DNA from: an uncultured delta proteobacterium | Lineage (GTDB): Bacteria > Myxococcota_A > UBA9160 > UBA4427 | Reading direction: 5' to 3' | Length of the DNA: 64,000 nt | Assembly: GCA_963822965.1 (NCBI GenBank) | Contig: CAWGJT010000011.1 | Location: forward strand, 64,001-128,000 | Part shown: one piece after another, positions 1-11,246 of the stretch | Position numbering within the stretch: the first letter of the stretch is position 1 | How the letters are laid out: every line of letters starts with the position of its first letter | Made by a program: the position numbers and the translations under genes | Notes under the pieces: model-generated | Database searches by the model: none | What the model was told of the DNA's origin: nothing | The model's input: only the letters and a program-made list of their open reading frames with translations

Positions 1-1
1 G

Positions 2-643
2 TGTCGCGAGGCGGGAGTCGACGGGGTCTACGCCCCGTCGGTCGACGACCTGTACCCGGCGGGTGCCCAGACCTGGGTCGAGGTGGACGCGCTCGCGCGA
101 CCGCTCTGCGGCGCCTCGCGCCCCGGCCACTTCCGGGGCGTCACCACCGTCGTCTGCAAGCTCCTGCTGGCCGCGAAGCCCCACGTCGCGGTCTTCGGCC
201 AGAAGGACTTCCAGCAGGTGGCCGTCATCCGGCGCATGGTGCGCGACCTGGGATTCGACGTGGAGATCGTGGCGGCGCCCATCGTGCGCGAGCCCGACGG
301 GGTCGCGTTGTCGAGCCGCAACGTGCGGCTCGGTCCCGAGGCCAGGCGTCAGGCGGTGGCCCTGGTTCGAGCCCTGGACGCCGCCGAGGCGGCGACGGCC
401 GCGGGCGAGCGGCGCAGCGCGGCGATCCTCGAGGAGGTGCGGCGGGAGCTCGCCCGGGCCTCCCAGGCCAGCGTCGACTACGCGGAGCTGCGCGATCCCG
501 ACAGCCTGGAGACGGCTCCCGACGAGCTGTCGGGCACCACCCTGCTGGCGCTCGCCGTCCACTTCGCTCCGGACCCGTCCGGGGCGGGCGCGCCGGTGCG
601 CCTCATCGACAACCGCCTGCTCGTCTGCAGCGAGAGGAAGTGA
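2..643 (+). CDS. panC: Pantoate--beta-alanine ligase, 5' part outside window
   Basis: Motifs RPGHFRGV, FGQKDFQQ, REPDGVALSSRN and RLIDN; frame open from the window edge; adjacent to panD. Confidence 0.95.
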   Translation, partial: CREAGVDGVYAPSVDDLYPAGAQTWVEVDALARPLCGASRPGHFRGVTTVVCKLLLAAKPHVAVFGQKDFQQVAVIRRMVRDLGFDVEIVAAPIVREPDGVALSSRNVRLGPEARRQAVALVRALDAAEAATAAGERRSAAILEEVRRELARASQASVDYAELRDPDSLETAPDELSGTTLLALAVHFAPDPSGAGAPVRLIDNRLLVCSERK

Positions 644-688
644 CGGGGCAGGGCGCCCCGCGCCCCGCGACCCCCTGTGGAGAACCCC

Positions 689-1039
689 ATGACCCGCACC
701 ATGCTCAAGTCGAAGATCCACCGCGCCACGGTGACCGAGGCCAACGTCGAGTACGAGGGCAGCGTGACCATCGACCGCAATCTGCTGGAGGCCGCGGATC
801 TGCTGCCCTACGAGCGGGTGGACATCTGGAACTGCACGAACGGCAACCGGCTCAGCACCTACGTGATCGAGGGCGAGCGCGGCTCCGGCGAGATCTGCAT
901 CAACGGCGCGGCCGCGCACCTGATGAAGCCCGGCGACAAGGTGATCATCGCGAGCTTCGTCCAGGTGGAGGAGTCCCGGGCCCGGCTCTGGGACGCCCGG
1001 CGCGTCTTCGTCGACGACCACAACGACATCCGGGACTGA
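689..1039 (+). CDS. panD: Aspartate 1-decarboxylase
   Basis: [18 protein letters not shown] (G-S cleavage site), NGAAAH. Confidence 0.96.
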   Translation: MTRTMLKSKIHRATVTEANVEYEGSVTIDRNLLEAADLLPYERVDIWNCTNGNRLSTYVIEGERGSGEICINGAAAHLMKPGDKVIIASFVQVEESRARLWDARRVFVDDHNDIRD

Positions 1040-1079
1040 CGGGCGCCCTGCTACGCTCCGCGCAGGGGGTGCGTCGCCC

Positions 1080-1583
1080 GTGGCGAGCAGGAAGGCGAAG
1101 GGCAAGCAGGCAGCGGGCGCCCGGCCCGTCGCCACGAATCGTCGCGCGCGTTACGACTACGAGATCCTCGAGACGGTCGAGGCGGGCATCGCGCTTCTCG
1201 GTCCGGAGGTGAAGGCCCTGCGCGAGGGCCGCGCCAACCTGCGCGAGGCGTACGCCTCGATCCGCGACGGCGAGGTCCTCCTCCAGCAGCTCCACATCTC
1301 GCCCTACGAGCCCGCCACCCGGGCCAATCCCGAAGATCCAACCCGGGACCGCAAGCTGCTCCTGCACCGCGGGGAGATCCGGAAGCTCGCCGGACGCGTC
1401 GCCGAACGGGGCCTCACCCTGGTGCCGCTCTCGATCTACTTCAAGGACGGCCGGGCCAAGGTCGAGCTGGCCCTGGCCCGCGGCAAGCACACCTACGACA
1501 AGCGCGCGGCGCTCCGGGAGCGCGAGGACCAGGAGGCGACGCGGCGGGCCCTGCGCGCACGGGGCGGAGCGCACCGGGATTGA
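1080..1583 (+). CDS. smpB: SsrA-binding protein
   Basis: NRRARYDYEILETVEAGIAL, RKLLLHR, LARGKHTYDKR. Confidence 0.97.
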   Translation: MASRKAKGKQAAGARPVATNRRARYDYEILETVEAGIALLGPEVKALREGRANLREAYASIRDGEVLLQQLHISPYEPATRANPEDPTRDRKLLLHRGEIRKLAGRVAERGLTLVPLSIYFKDGRAKVELALARGKHTYDKRAALREREDQEATRRALRARGGAHRD

Positions 1584-2905
1584 CCGCCACCGCGCGCGCC
1601 CTGCTGCTCGTGCTGCTGATGGGTTCGGTCGGCTGCGCGGGGTGGGGGGGTGTGCGGGAGGACGCGGCGGCGAACGCGGCGACCGTCGCTCCCTACCACC
1701 CCGATCGGCGCGACTACCTGGCCTTCCGCGAGGCCTATCCGGACGTGCTCGAGCCGAACTACCTGCCCTTCATGGTGCACCGCATGCCGGGGGACGCCGC
1801 CACCGGCGACGTGCTCGTCTTCTGCCGCTGGCCCGACGAAGCCATGCCGTTGCCGGTCTACATCGACGAAGCGGTGATTCCGGACGCCATGCAGGACGAG
1901 TTCGATCCGGTGGATCCGGCCCGCTTCACCGCCGCCGTCGAGCGGGCCCTCGCCACCTGGGAGAAGGAGCTGGAGGGTCTGGTGTCGTTCCGGCGGGTGG
2001 CGACGCCCGGCGAGGCGCTGCTGCGCCTGCGCGTGCTCGCCGAGGAGGCGCCGTCACCGGAGCCCGCGATCCGGGTGCTGGGAACCACCGAGGCGGTTCG
2101 ACGCGCCTGTCGGTCCCATGGCTGGGACCCGGACTCCGAGCGCATGGAGGTGACCTTCACCGTTCCCGAGACGATCGTCTACGCGGCGGACGAGTTCGGC
2201 CTGCTGACGGCTTCCCAGGTGGAGGCCATCGCACTGCACGAGATCGGTCACGCCCTGGGCATGTTGGGCCACAGCCCCGTTCCCACGGACCTGATGTACC
2301 GGTCCCTCGACGAGCGCGGGGCGATCCCGACGCTGTCGGACGCGGACGTGAACTCCTTCGTGTCGCTCTACCAGCTTCCCAACGGCACCCACTACGGCCA
2401 CGTGCAGCCGGGCGGCCCCTCGCCGCGCCCGGATCCGGGTCCTCCCAGCGGCGGTCCCCAGCTGGCGCTCGCCCCCCACGTGGATTCGCGACTGGGGTTC
2501 GAGGTGCGCACCCCCGCCGGCTGGCTGCGCGCCGCGCACGCCCACGGCCTCTTCATGGCGAACGGCCCGATCTGGGATCACGACGTCTCCTTCGAGATCT
2601 TCGTGTGGCCGGTTCCCAGCGTGGAGGAATATCTCGAGCGATTCGGCGAGGGGCTCTTCGCCGGGACCTGGAGGCGTTACAGTGCGCCGACGGAGGTGGC
2701 GTCCCGGCCCGCGCTGGAGGTGGCGGTGGAGGACCCCAGCGGCCGCGACGCGCTCGACTTCTTCTTCGTCGAGCTCGGCGACGGTCGTGTGATGATGATC
2801 CTCACGGAGTCGCCGGTGGCGGTCGAAAAGGCCTGGCGGCCCTGGTTCCGGGCGGTGCTCGAGTCCCTCGAGATCTGGGACGCCAAGGGACGCAAGGCGC
2901 GGTAG
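1580..2905 (+). CDS. Matrixin-like zinc metalloprotease, probable lipoprotein
   Basis: HEIGHALGMLGHS metzincin motif followed by Met-turn (DLMY); signal peptide ending SVGC; 4-bp overlap with smpB. Confidence 0.8.
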   Translation: MTATARALLLVLLMGSVGCAGWGGVREDAAANAATVAPYHPDRRDYLAFREAYPDVLEPNYLPFMVHRMPGDAATGDVLVFCRWPDEAMPLPVYIDEAVIPDAMQDEFDPVDPARFTAAVERALATWEKELEGLVSFRRVATPGEALLRLRVLAEEAPSPEPAIRVLGTTEAVRRACRSHGWDPDSERMEVTFTVPETIVYAADEFGLLTASQVEAIALHEIGHALGMLGHSPVPTDLMYRSLDERGAIPTLSDADVNSFVSLYQLPNGTHYGHVQPGGPSPRPDPGPPSGGPQLALAPHVDSRLGFEVRTPAGWLRAAHAHGLFMANGPIWDHDVSFEIFVWPVPSVEEYLERFGEGLFAGTWRRYSAPTEVASRPALEVAVEDPSGRDALDFFFVELGDGRVMMILTESPVAVEKAWRPWFRAVLESLEIWDAKGRKAR

Positions 2906-2946
2906 GGTCCTCGAGCGAGCACGCGAACAGCCACGGGGGAAGGCCC

Positions 2947-3861
2947 TTGAGCGAGACTCAGGCAGCGACGAGCTACGAGATCCGGCCCCTGTCGGTGGCC
3001 GAGATCCTGGACGCCGGCTTCCAGCTGATGCGGAACCACTTCGTCCTGCTGGGCAGCCTGAGCCTCGTGGGACAGATCCCGACGATCCTGGTGACGAGCG
3101 CGTTCGCGTGGATGCTCGACCCGTTCTGGTTCCAGAAGGGGGAGATCCCCGAGATCGGCGCCACCTTCGTGCTGATCGTGGCGACGTGGCTGCTGGCCCT
3201 GCTGGTCGTGCTGCCCGTGGCGATCGGGGCGATCACGTCCGCCGTGGGCGATCTCTATCTCGGCGCGCCGCTCTCCATTCGCAGCTGCCTCGATCGCGGG
3301 CTGGCGCGCATGTTCCCGCTGATGATCACGTACGTGATCTTCTCGATCATCCTGATGGTGGCTGCGGGGCTGGCGATCGTCGGGCTGGGGGTGGTCGGAG
3401 GGATTCTCGGGGCGCTGCTGCAGAACTCGTCGCTCGGAGTCGCCCTGCTCATCGTCGCGATCCTGGCGGCCATTCCGGCCTTGTTCGCCCTGGCGGGGCT
3501 GATGACCCTGGTTCCCGGCGTGCTCGCCGCGGTGGTGGTGCTCGAGGGACGCTCCCTGTTCGACGCGGTGGCGCGTACGTTCACGCTGGTGCAGGCGGAG
3601 ATCGGCCGCCTCGTGGGGGTCGGGCTCGTGCTCTACATGCTGGTGATGATCATCCCGGCCGGAGTGCAGTTCACCGTGGGCGCGATCCCGATCGTGGGCG
3701 CGCTCGTGTGGGGGGCCGTGCAGGCCCTGTGTCAGGCCTACCTCTACACGACCTCCGTGGTGGCGTACTTCGACGTGCGTTGCCGGACCGAGTCCTTCGA
3801 CCTCGAGCATCTCGCCCAGCTCGTCGAGGGCAGCGAGCCGTCCGCGGTGCCGATCCGCTGA
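2947..3861 (+). CDS. Integral membrane protein of the MoxR/DUF58 module
   Basis: RPLSVAEILD start, multiple hydrophobic helices, C-terminal YFDVRCRTESFDLE; TTG start inferred. Confidence 0.75.
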   Translation: MSETQAATSYEIRPLSVAEILDAGFQLMRNHFVLLGSLSLVGQIPTILVTSAFAWMLDPFWFQKGEIPEIGATFVLIVATWLLALLVVLPVAIGAITSAVGDLYLGAPLSIRSCLDRGLARMFPLMITYVIFSIILMVAAGLAIVGLGVVGGILGALLQNSSLGVALLIVAILAAIPALFALAGLMTLVPGVLAAVVVLEGRSLFDAVARTFTLVQAEIGRLVGVGLVLYMLVMIIPAGVQFTVGAIPIVGALVWGAVQALCQAYLYTTSVVAYFDVRCRTESFDLEHLAQLVEGSEPSAVPIR

Positions 3862-4577
3862 TGCTCGACGTGCGGGTGCCCACCGTCGACGGCGTGCCGG
3901 GCCTGTCGGACGATCGCGCCCGGGAGCTCGCCGCGGAGATCCTGCGCCGCGCGGACTACGCGCACTATCGACGTCCGCCGACGCACCTCCAGGAGCTCGT
4001 CGACGCCCTGGCGGCCTGGCTGCGGCAGATCGCCGATTGGACACCCCAGTGGCTGGTCGATCTGTGGACCCGCTTCGGGTCGTGGCTCGAGGGCATGACG
4101 AAGGGGACGCTCGGCGACGACGCCGGGGTGGCCCTGCTGCGCCTCGCACTGGCGTTGGCCGTGCTGGGCATCCTCGGGGTGATCGCGGTGCGCACCGTGC
4201 GCGAGCTGCGCGCTCGGCGGGGGGCGCCCGGGGCGCTCGCCCGCGAGGCCGTGCTCGAAGGGCCGCGCTTCGTCGCGGAGGCGGACAGCCTGGCCCGTCA
4301 GGGCCACTTCCTCGAGGCGGCCCACCGCATCCAGCTCGCGAGCCTGCAGCTGCTGCTGCGCAAACGCTGGCTCGAGCTCGAGCGCTCCGACCCGAATCGC
4401 ACCCTGCGGCACCGGCTCGCGGACACCCGCCTGCCGGACGCCCTGCGCCAGCGCTTCCTCGCCCTGCTGGACCGGCTCGAGGGACGCTGGTTTCGCGACC
4501 GGGTCGAGGACCGGGAGCTCTACCGCGAATGGCGCGCGCTGCACGCCCGCATCGAATCCCTGCCGGAGAGTCGATGA
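3861..4577 (+). CDS. DUF4129-like membrane protein
   Basis: One TM helix, then EAAHRI...SDPNRTL...LEGRWF; coupled start (TGATG); operon context. Confidence 0.65.
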   Translation: MLDVRVPTVDGVPGLSDDRARELAAEILRRADYAHYRRPPTHLQELVDALAAWLRQIADWTPQWLVDLWTRFGSWLEGMTKGTLGDDAGVALLRLALALAVLGILGVIAVRTVRELRARRGAPGALAREAVLEGPRFVAEADSLARQGHFLEAAHRIQLASLQLLLRKRWLELERSDPNRTLRHRLADTRLPDALRQRFLALLDRLEGRWFRDRVEDRELYREWRALHARIESLPESR

Positions 4578-5848
4578 GTCGCCGTGCCGCCATCGCCGTC
4601 GCCGTGATGGTCGTCCTCACGATCGTCAACGCCTTGTGGCCGCGGTCGCCGTCCCCCCTCACGAGCTCGAGCTTCGGCCGCGCCGGAGCCGGACACGGTG
4701 CGCTCTACGACCTGCTGTCGGAGACAGGGCTCTCCCGCGGCCGGAGCTTCGAGGCCGCCCGCCGTCTCGACGACGCCGGGACCCTGTGGTGGATCGATCC
4801 GGCCGGCGTCTGCGACGGCCGCATCGCGCGCAGCGGCATGGTGGACGTCCTGGACGCGGAGGACGTGGCGTGGCCCGCCGCGGCGTGGCTGCGGTCGGGT
4901 GGGGTCGGCGTCGTCTTCCTGCAGTCGGCGGACCCCGGCGGTCCCGTGCTGGCCCCCCAGGACGAGCTGGTGGAGTGCGACGCCATCGGGGGCATGGCCC
5001 TGCCCGGCCGCGTGCGCCTGCGCGCCGCGAGCGAGGCGACGGACGAAGCGGACGCAGACGACGATGCGGAGGACGCGCCGAGCGACGCGGCTCCCCCGAC
5101 GCCCACCCTCGTGGAGGGCTCGTTCGCTTCGCAGCCGCGCCGGCTGCCCCTCGACGACCCCTGGGTGTTCGAGGAGTCGTCCGACTGGCCCGTCGTCGCC
5201 CGCGCGCGCAAGCCCGATGGACCGGAGTGGCCCTTCGTGCTGGCGCGTCCCTTCGGCGAAGGGCTGCTCGTGGTCGTGGCCGACTCGGGCTTCACCCACA
5301 ACGCCTGGCTCGATGGCGAGGACGCCGCGCCGTTCGCGGTCGATCTGGTCCGATCCTTCGGCGAGCCCCGCTTCGACGAGCGCGAGCACGGCTTCCTGCC
5401 CGAGACCAGCGCGTTCCGCTACATCGCGAGCTCGGCGGCCCTGCCGGTCTACGTGGGTCTCGCCCTGCTGGGGGTGCTGCACGCCTGGCGGGGAAACGCG
5501 TTGCCGGCTCGCAGCGTGCCGGAGTTCGATCCGGCGACGCCGACCCTCGAGACGTACGTCACCTCGATGGCGGCCCTCTACGCCGGAACCCGCGACCACG
5601 CCCGGGTGCTGGAGCGCTACCGTGAGCTCACCGCATCGAGGCTCAAGCGACACTTCGGCCTGCCGCAGGAGGTGAGCCGCCGCGCGCTGGCCGAGCGCAT
5701 CGAGCGGGATCGACAGGGACGGCCCCGCCCCGGCGCCGGACGAGCGCCGCTGGCGGTGCTGACCGAGCCCCGCAGCGTGGGCACGGAGGCGGAGCTCGCG
5801 TCCGCCGTCGGAGAGCTCGACGCGCTCGTTTCGGAGGTGATCCATTGA
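4574..5848 (+). CDS. DUF4350-like protein
   Basis: N-terminal TM, SSF..G.GHGALYDLL, FGEGLLVVVAD, FDEREHG, C-terminal TM; upstream of moxR. Confidence 0.65.
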   Translation: MSRRAAIAVAVMVVLTIVNALWPRSPSPLTSSSFGRAGAGHGALYDLLSETGLSRGRSFEAARRLDDAGTLWWIDPAGVCDGRIARSGMVDVLDAEDVAWPAAAWLRSGGVGVVFLQSADPGGPVLAPQDELVECDAIGGMALPGRVRLRAASEATDEADADDDAEDAPSDAAPPTPTLVEGSFASQPRRLPLDDPWVFEESSDWPVVARARKPDGPEWPFVLARPFGEGLLVVVADSGFTHNAWLDGEDAAPFAVDLVRSFGEPRFDEREHGFLPETSAFRYIASSAALPVYVGLALLGVLHAWRGNALPARSVPEFDPATPTLETYVTSMAALYAGTRDHARVLERYRELTASRLKRHFGLPQEVSRRALAERIERDRQGRPRPGAGRAPLAVLTEPRSVGTEAELASAVGELDALVSEVIH

Positions 5849-6822
5849 CCCAGGCACCCGCGCTCGACCTCGAGCCGGTTCGGATGCAGCACCGTGCGCT
5901 GTGCGAGCGCGTGTCCCGGACGGTCGTCGGTCAGGACGAAGCGGTCCGGCTCGCGACCATCACGCTGCTGTGCTCGGGGCACAGCCTGATCGAGGGCGTG
6001 CCGGGCGTCGCCAAGACGCTGCTGGTGCGGACCCTGGCGGCGGCGCTCGGCATGCGGTTCGGTCGCGTCCAGTTCACGCCGGACCTGATGCCGAGCGACA
6101 TCATCGGCACGCCGGTGCTCGACCCACGCGTGGGGGAGTTCCACTTCCGCCCCGGGCCCCTCTTCACCGACCTCCTGCTCGCCGACGAGATCAACCGCGC
6201 CTCCCCCAAGACCCAGGCGGCGCTGCTCGAGGCCATGCAGGAGCGCTTCGCGACCGTCGACGGAACCCGCCATCCCCTGGGCGACGCGTTCACCGTCTTC
6301 GCCACCCAGAACCCCGTGGAGCAGGAGGGCACCTACCCCCTGCCGGAGGCGGAGCTCGACCGCTTCCTCTTCAAGATCGTGGTGGACTATCCGGACGAAG
6401 CCCACGAGCGCGCGCTGCTGGCCCTGCATCACGCCGCGCCGGTCGACTCCCCGGCCAGCGACGCCGGCTCGCTCGAGCCGGTGATGCGCTTCGAGGACCT
6501 CGAGGCCAGCCGGGAGCTGGTGCGCCGGGTGATCGTGCGGGACGAGATCGTCGCCTATGTGTCCGAGCTGGTGCGCGGCACCCGGGCGGACTTCCAGTTC
6601 GCCCTGGGCGCCTCGCCCCGCGCCGGTCTGCTGCTGCTGCGGGCCGCCAAGGCCCAGGCCGCGCTCGAGGGCCGCGACTACGTGCTCCCCGAGGACGTGC
6701 AGAGCGTCTTCCTGCCCGCTCTCCGACACCGGGTGATCCTGGATCCCGCCTCGGAGGTGGAAGGGCTCACGCCCGACGCCGCCCTGGAGCGGACGCTCCG
6801 GACGGTGACCGTTCCGCGGTGA
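5845..6822 (+). CDS. moxR: MoxR-family AAA+ ATPase
   Basis: EGVPGVAKT, QFTPDLMPSD, LLADEINRASPKTQAALLEAMQE, ATQNPVEQEGTYPLPEAELDRF. Confidence 0.95.
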   Translation: MTQAPALDLEPVRMQHRALCERVSRTVVGQDEAVRLATITLLCSGHSLIEGVPGVAKTLLVRTLAAALGMRFGRVQFTPDLMPSDIIGTPVLDPRVGEFHFRPGPLFTDLLLADEINRASPKTQAALLEAMQERFATVDGTRHPLGDAFTVFATQNPVEQEGTYPLPEAELDRFLFKIVVDYPDEAHERALLALHHAAPVDSPASDAGSLEPVMRFEDLEASRELVRRVIVRDEIVAYVSELVRGTRADFQFALGASPRAGLLLLRAAKAQAALEGRDYVLPEDVQSVFLPALRHRVILDPASEVEGLTPDAALERTLRTVTVPR

Positions 6823-6916
6823 CGGCCGCCGGCCCCGCCGCCGCCTCCCTGGGCCGCCGGCCCCGTCCCCGCCCCGTCCCTCGGCCGGCGACCGACTCGC
6901 CGGGTGGATCTTCGGC

Positions 6917-8248
6917 GTGTCTCCCGACGGCCGCCTGCTGGCGGCGCTGGGGCTGTGGGTGCTGGCGGCGGCCGCGAGCGTCGTGGAGCCGGTCCTCTCC
7001 CTGCCGGTCGCGGTAGCCGGGGCCGCGCTCGGCGTCGCCCTCGTGTGCGACGCCTGGATGCTCGCGCACACGCCCCCCCTGGTGGTCAGGCGCCGCACGC
7101 CTTCGCGCGTCGCCGTGGGACGCGCCGCGGAGGTCGAGATCCTCGTGCGCAACCCGGGGCCCCGCCGGCTCACGGCGAACCTCTTCGACGAGGTGCCGCG
7201 GGACCTCGCCGCGGGCGATCCGGTCTTCCCGTCGGTGGGGCTGGCGCCGGGCGAGGAGCGCCGACTGCGCTACGCGCTGCTGCCCCGGGTGCGAGGCGAC
7301 CGCGCCTTCGGACCGCTGGCCGCCCTGGCGCGCTCTCCGTGGGGCCTGCTGCGCCGACGGGTGCTCAGCGGCGCCGGGGACAGCGTGCGCGTCCTTCCCG
7401 ACACCAGCCGCTTCCTCACGCCCGAGGCGCTGCGCCCCTGGGCGCTGCTCGCGTCCCTCGGCGTGAAGCCCGTGCGGCAGCGCGGGGAGGGGACCGAGTT
7501 CGAATCCCTGCGCGACTACGTCCCGGGCGACGACCCGCGGCGCATCGACTGGCGGGCCACGGCCCGGCGCGGGCGGCTCGTCACCCGGCTGCACCAGCAC
7601 GAGCGGAACCACACGCTGATCGTCGCGGTGGACGCCAGTCGTCTCATGGGCGGCCGCGTGGCGGCGAACGAACGCACCAAGCTCGACTGCGCGGTGGACG
7701 CGGCGCTCACGCTGGCGTGGTCGGCGCTGCACGCGGGCGACCGCGCCGGACTGCTCGTCTTCGATCGCGAGCGGCGCCTGGCGCTCGAGCCCGTGGCGCG
7801 CCGCGCTCATCTCGGCGCCTTCGTCGACGCGCTCGCACCGATCCAGTCGCGCCTGGTGGAGGCCGACTACCACGTGCTGGCCCGGTCGCTCCTGGGTCGC
7901 CGACAGAAACGCGTCCTGCTCGTGATCCTCACGGACTTCGCGGAGTCCGACCCCGATTCCCTCGTCACGCCGCTCGGCCTGCTGGCGCGCCGTCACCAGG
8001 TGCTGCTGGTCGCCCTGCGCGACCCGCGCTTCGACGTGCTCGACCCGCGCCAGGCGCCGGCGCGCTCGCAGCCGACCTCGGAGCAGGACCTCTATCGGCG
8101 GATCGTGCTCGACGATCTCCTGCAGGAGCGCGAGGCGACCCTCGCGCGGCTGCGTCTGCGCGGCGTCCAGACTCTCGACCTCGTGCCCGAGGAGGTGACC
8201 GCTCGCGTCCTGAACCGCTATCTGACGATCCGCTACGGCGCCGAGTGA
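6917..8248 (+). CDS. DUF58 (vWA-like) protein; start may lie at ~6819 with a frameshift
   Basis: GEGTEFESLRDYVPGDDPRRIDWRATAR; VILTD; follows moxR. Confidence 0.9.
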   Translation: MSPDGRLLAALGLWVLAAAASVVEPVLSLPVAVAGAALGVALVCDAWMLAHTPPLVVRRRTPSRVAVGRAAEVEILVRNPGPRRLTANLFDEVPRDLAAGDPVFPSVGLAPGEERRLRYALLPRVRGDRAFGPLAALARSPWGLLRRRVLSGAGDSVRVLPDTSRFLTPEALRPWALLASLGVKPVRQRGEGTEFESLRDYVPGDDPRRIDWRATARRGRLVTRLHQHERNHTLIVAVDASRLMGGRVAANERTKLDCAVDAALTLAWSALHAGDRAGLLVFDRERRLALEPVARRAHLGAFVDALAPIQSRLVEADYHVLARSLLGRRQKRVLLVILTDFAESDPDSLVTPLGLLARRHQVLLVALRDPRFDVLDPRQAPARSQPTSEQDLYRRIVLDDLLQEREATLARLRLRGVQTLDLVPEEVTARVLNRYLTIRYGAE

Positions 8249-8931
8249 AGGTCCGGGGGGCGGCTGCAGACACCCAGGAGCGGCAGATGGTCGGACGCCA
8301 TTCGCGCCACCGGCGACGACACCGTCGAGGCCTGCAGCCGGAAACGTCCGCCGCCGATGGTCACGCGATCGAGCGGCAGCAGCGGGCGTCGTGACGGGAA
8401 GGTGGAGACCCGGGAGAGCGGAGCCACGGCGTGTTCGAGGGCGCCGAGCTGCCGGGCCCGCCGGGTCCAGTCGTTGAGATCGCCCAGCAGGGCCGTGGCC
8501 AGGTCGGCCTGCCGCTCCAGGATGCGTGCCGCCAGAGCGGCCGCCTGGCTTCGCCGTTCCGCGCGACCCAGTCCCAGGTGGGTCGCGACGATCCGTACGA
8601 CCTCCTCCCCCAGCTGCACGGTGGCGTCGAGCGCGCCGCGGGGCTCGCGGCCGGCGACGGTGAGGTCGATGCGATCCAACGACAGGACGGGTGCGCGCAC
8701 CAGCAGCGCGTTTCCGAAGGGCATGCCCCGCTCCTGCCGGGTGGGTGCGAGCAGGGGCCGGTATCCGAGCTGCTCCGCGGCCGCCGGCCAGTCCGTGCCC
8801 TCCACCTCCTGCAGGGCGACGACGTCCGCGTCGATCGCGGCGATCACGCGGAACGCGCGCGACGGATCGCGCCGGCCGTCGCGACCCACCCAGGCGTGCA
8901 CGTTCCAGGTCGCCATCGAGAAGCCGGTCAC
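8233..8931 (-). CDS. Endonuclease/exonuclease/phosphatase family protein
   Basis: ATWNVH, DVVALQEV, GNALL, THLGL, GDLND, SDHLP. Confidence 0.9.
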   Translation of the reverse strand: MTGFSMATWNVHAWVGRDGRRDPSRAFRVIAAIDADVVALQEVEGTDWPAAAEQLGYRPLLAPTRQERGMPFGNALLVRAPVLSLDRIDLTVAGREPRGALDATVQLGEEVVRIVATHLGLGRAERRSQAAALAARILERQADLATALLGDLNDWTRRARQLGALEHAVAPLSRVSTFPSRRPLLPLDRVTIGGGRFRLQASTVSSPVARMASDHLPLLGVCSRPPDLHSAP

Positions 8932-11091
8932 GCCGGTGGTCCCGCCTCCGTCGCCCGGGACGCGAGGCGCCACAGGGCTGCGAGCATGCCCGCGAAGCCG
9001 ACGATCGCCGCACCGGTGAAGAGCAGCGCGCGCACGGTCGGCTCCCGGGAGAGCACCGCGACGGCGTCGGTGACGATGGACAACGCCAGGATGCCGGGCA
9101 CCACGCCGATGGCGGTGCCCAGGACGAAGTCGCGCAGGGAAACCCGCGTCGCACCGGCGACCAGGGTCGCGATCATGAATGGATTCCGGGGAGACAGCCG
9201 CAGCAGGATGCAGGGTAGGAGGCCCGCCCGCTGCAGGCGGCGGCTCAGGACGTTGAGCCGATCGCCCGCCACCCGGCGGATCAGGTTCCTTCCCACCCGC
9301 TGGCCGAGCCCGTAGCCGAAGACCGCCCCCAGGACGCTGCCGGCCCAGGCCACGGGGATGGCCACCGCCGGCCCCAGCAGCAGGGTGGTGACCACCGTGA
9401 GCGCCGTCACCGGAACCAGCAGCAGGGTCGCGCCCGTGAACGCCAGACTCGCGAGGGTGGCTCCCTGCCAGCCCGCGCGCAGGGGCGTCAGCAGGCCGGC
9501 CGCCGCCTCGGTCAGCAGCTCGTGGCCGAGCGGCGTCTCGTCCGACGCCAACAGGAATCCGCCCACCACGACCGCCGCCGTGGCGAAGCTCCAGAGCCGG
9601 CGGGCACGGGACCGCCGGTCCGGGCCGCTCTCCTGGAGGAAGCGGTCCATCAGCTCCTCGAGCGGCACCGGGTGCTCGGGGTCGAAGGTGCCGAGGGACT
9701 CGACGGTGGCGGCCGCCCAGTCCTCGGTCTCGAGCTCGAGGCGACGGAGGGTCCGCTCTCCGTCCCGCAGGGCCTCGATGGCTGCCACGAGGGAGCCCGT
9801 CCGCTCCATCTCCTCGGCCACCCGCGCCGGATCGACGCCGAGGTGCTCGGCGACGAGGTCGTTGCGGAACGCCCGGACGGCACGGGAGGCCGCGTCGCCC
9901 GCTTCGCCCTCCACGGCCAGGTCGCACTCGGAGTCGAGCCCCAGCGAGCGGTTCGAGAGGTTCGAGGAGCCCACACGCGCGAGGGTGTCGTCGACCACCA
10001 TGACCTTCGCGTGCACGTTCAGGCTCTCGCCCGGGGCCAGGCCCTCGCGGTGCGGGTAGTAGAGGCGCAGGCGGTCGTGCGCATCGGCCGCGCGCAGGCG
10101 CCGGGCCGCCCGGTCGCGCAGGGCGCCCATGGTGCTCTCCTCGAGCCAGCCCGCGTTCTCCCGCGGCCCGACGATCACGATCTCCGGCCCGTCGGGCTCG
10201 CGCAGCCGTTCGCACAGCCAGTCGATCACGCGATGGGCCGTGAGGTACTGGTTCTCGAAGTAGATCCAGCGGCGAGCGGCGGCGATGCCGTCGCGATAGA
10301 GGGCCTCGCACCTCGCGCACCTCGGGCGCGCCCCGGTAGCTGGCGAGGGTGCGCGCGATGCCCACCGACACGTTGCGGGCGTGGGGCTCGAGGGTCTTCG
10401 GCCAGGGATCGGAGCCGGCGGGGCAGGGGTCGATCCGGCGGCCCGTGGCGCGCCGCCAGCGCTCCCGGGCGAGGTCCGCGACGACCCGGGCGGCTTCGCC
10501 GTCGATCGCCACCTGCACGTCGTGGAACGGCGGATAGCGGGTTCCGCGCGGCGTCGTGCGCCGGGGATCGTCGGGGCGGTGCTCGCGCGTGTCCCAGCGG
10601 TTGGCGGTCAGATCGAAGCCGCCCACGAACGCCATGGCGTCGTCGACGACCACGATCTTCTGGTGCTGGCTCGCGCCCACCGGGTGCGACGAGTCCATCT
10701 CGAACTCCACCCGCCGGTGGGTGCGGCCGCCGAAGTGCAGCAGGGGCAGGAACTCGCGCTCGAGCGCGTAGACCATCACGAAGTCCCAGGCCAGGATGCG
10801 CACGTGCACGCCGCGCGCTCGCGCGATGCGGTCCACCAGCGAGACGAGGGTCTGCCGGGACGAGCCCCGGCTGCTGTCGCGCCGCAGGCGCACCTCGCTG
10901 TGGAAGTCCCAGCCCACGAGCCAGACGCACTCGCGCGCGTTCTCCAGGGCGTCCGCCACGGCGCCGAAGTAGCTCTCCCCGTCGATCAGGAAGCGCAGCC
11001 GCGCCGCCTCTGCGCGCCGCCAGCAGCTCTCGCCCTCGCGCAGGATGGGCCCTTGCCAGGAGGCTCCTGCGCCGGCCGGGGACTCGCTCAT
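8928..11091 (-). CDS. Phospholipase D (2x HKD) with C-terminal VTT/DedA domain; frameshift at ~10308
   Basis: HQKIVVVDD and HAKVMVVDD lie in different frames, joined by one extra base in EVREV/EALYRDGIAAARRWIYFENQY; hydrophobic C-terminus. Confidence 0.85.
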
Positions 11092-11246
11092 GCCGGGTCT
11101 CGCGTTCGGTGAGTGGCTTGCCGCCAGTCGGGTGTGCGGAGAGATCGCATTCCGGCGGAGAGCTTGCGGCCTGCCGCGGCGCGATTCAACGAGGCCCGGG
11201 AAGATCGGGTGCGCGCGTCTCCGAGGAGCGCGGGAGGCGCCCGGGG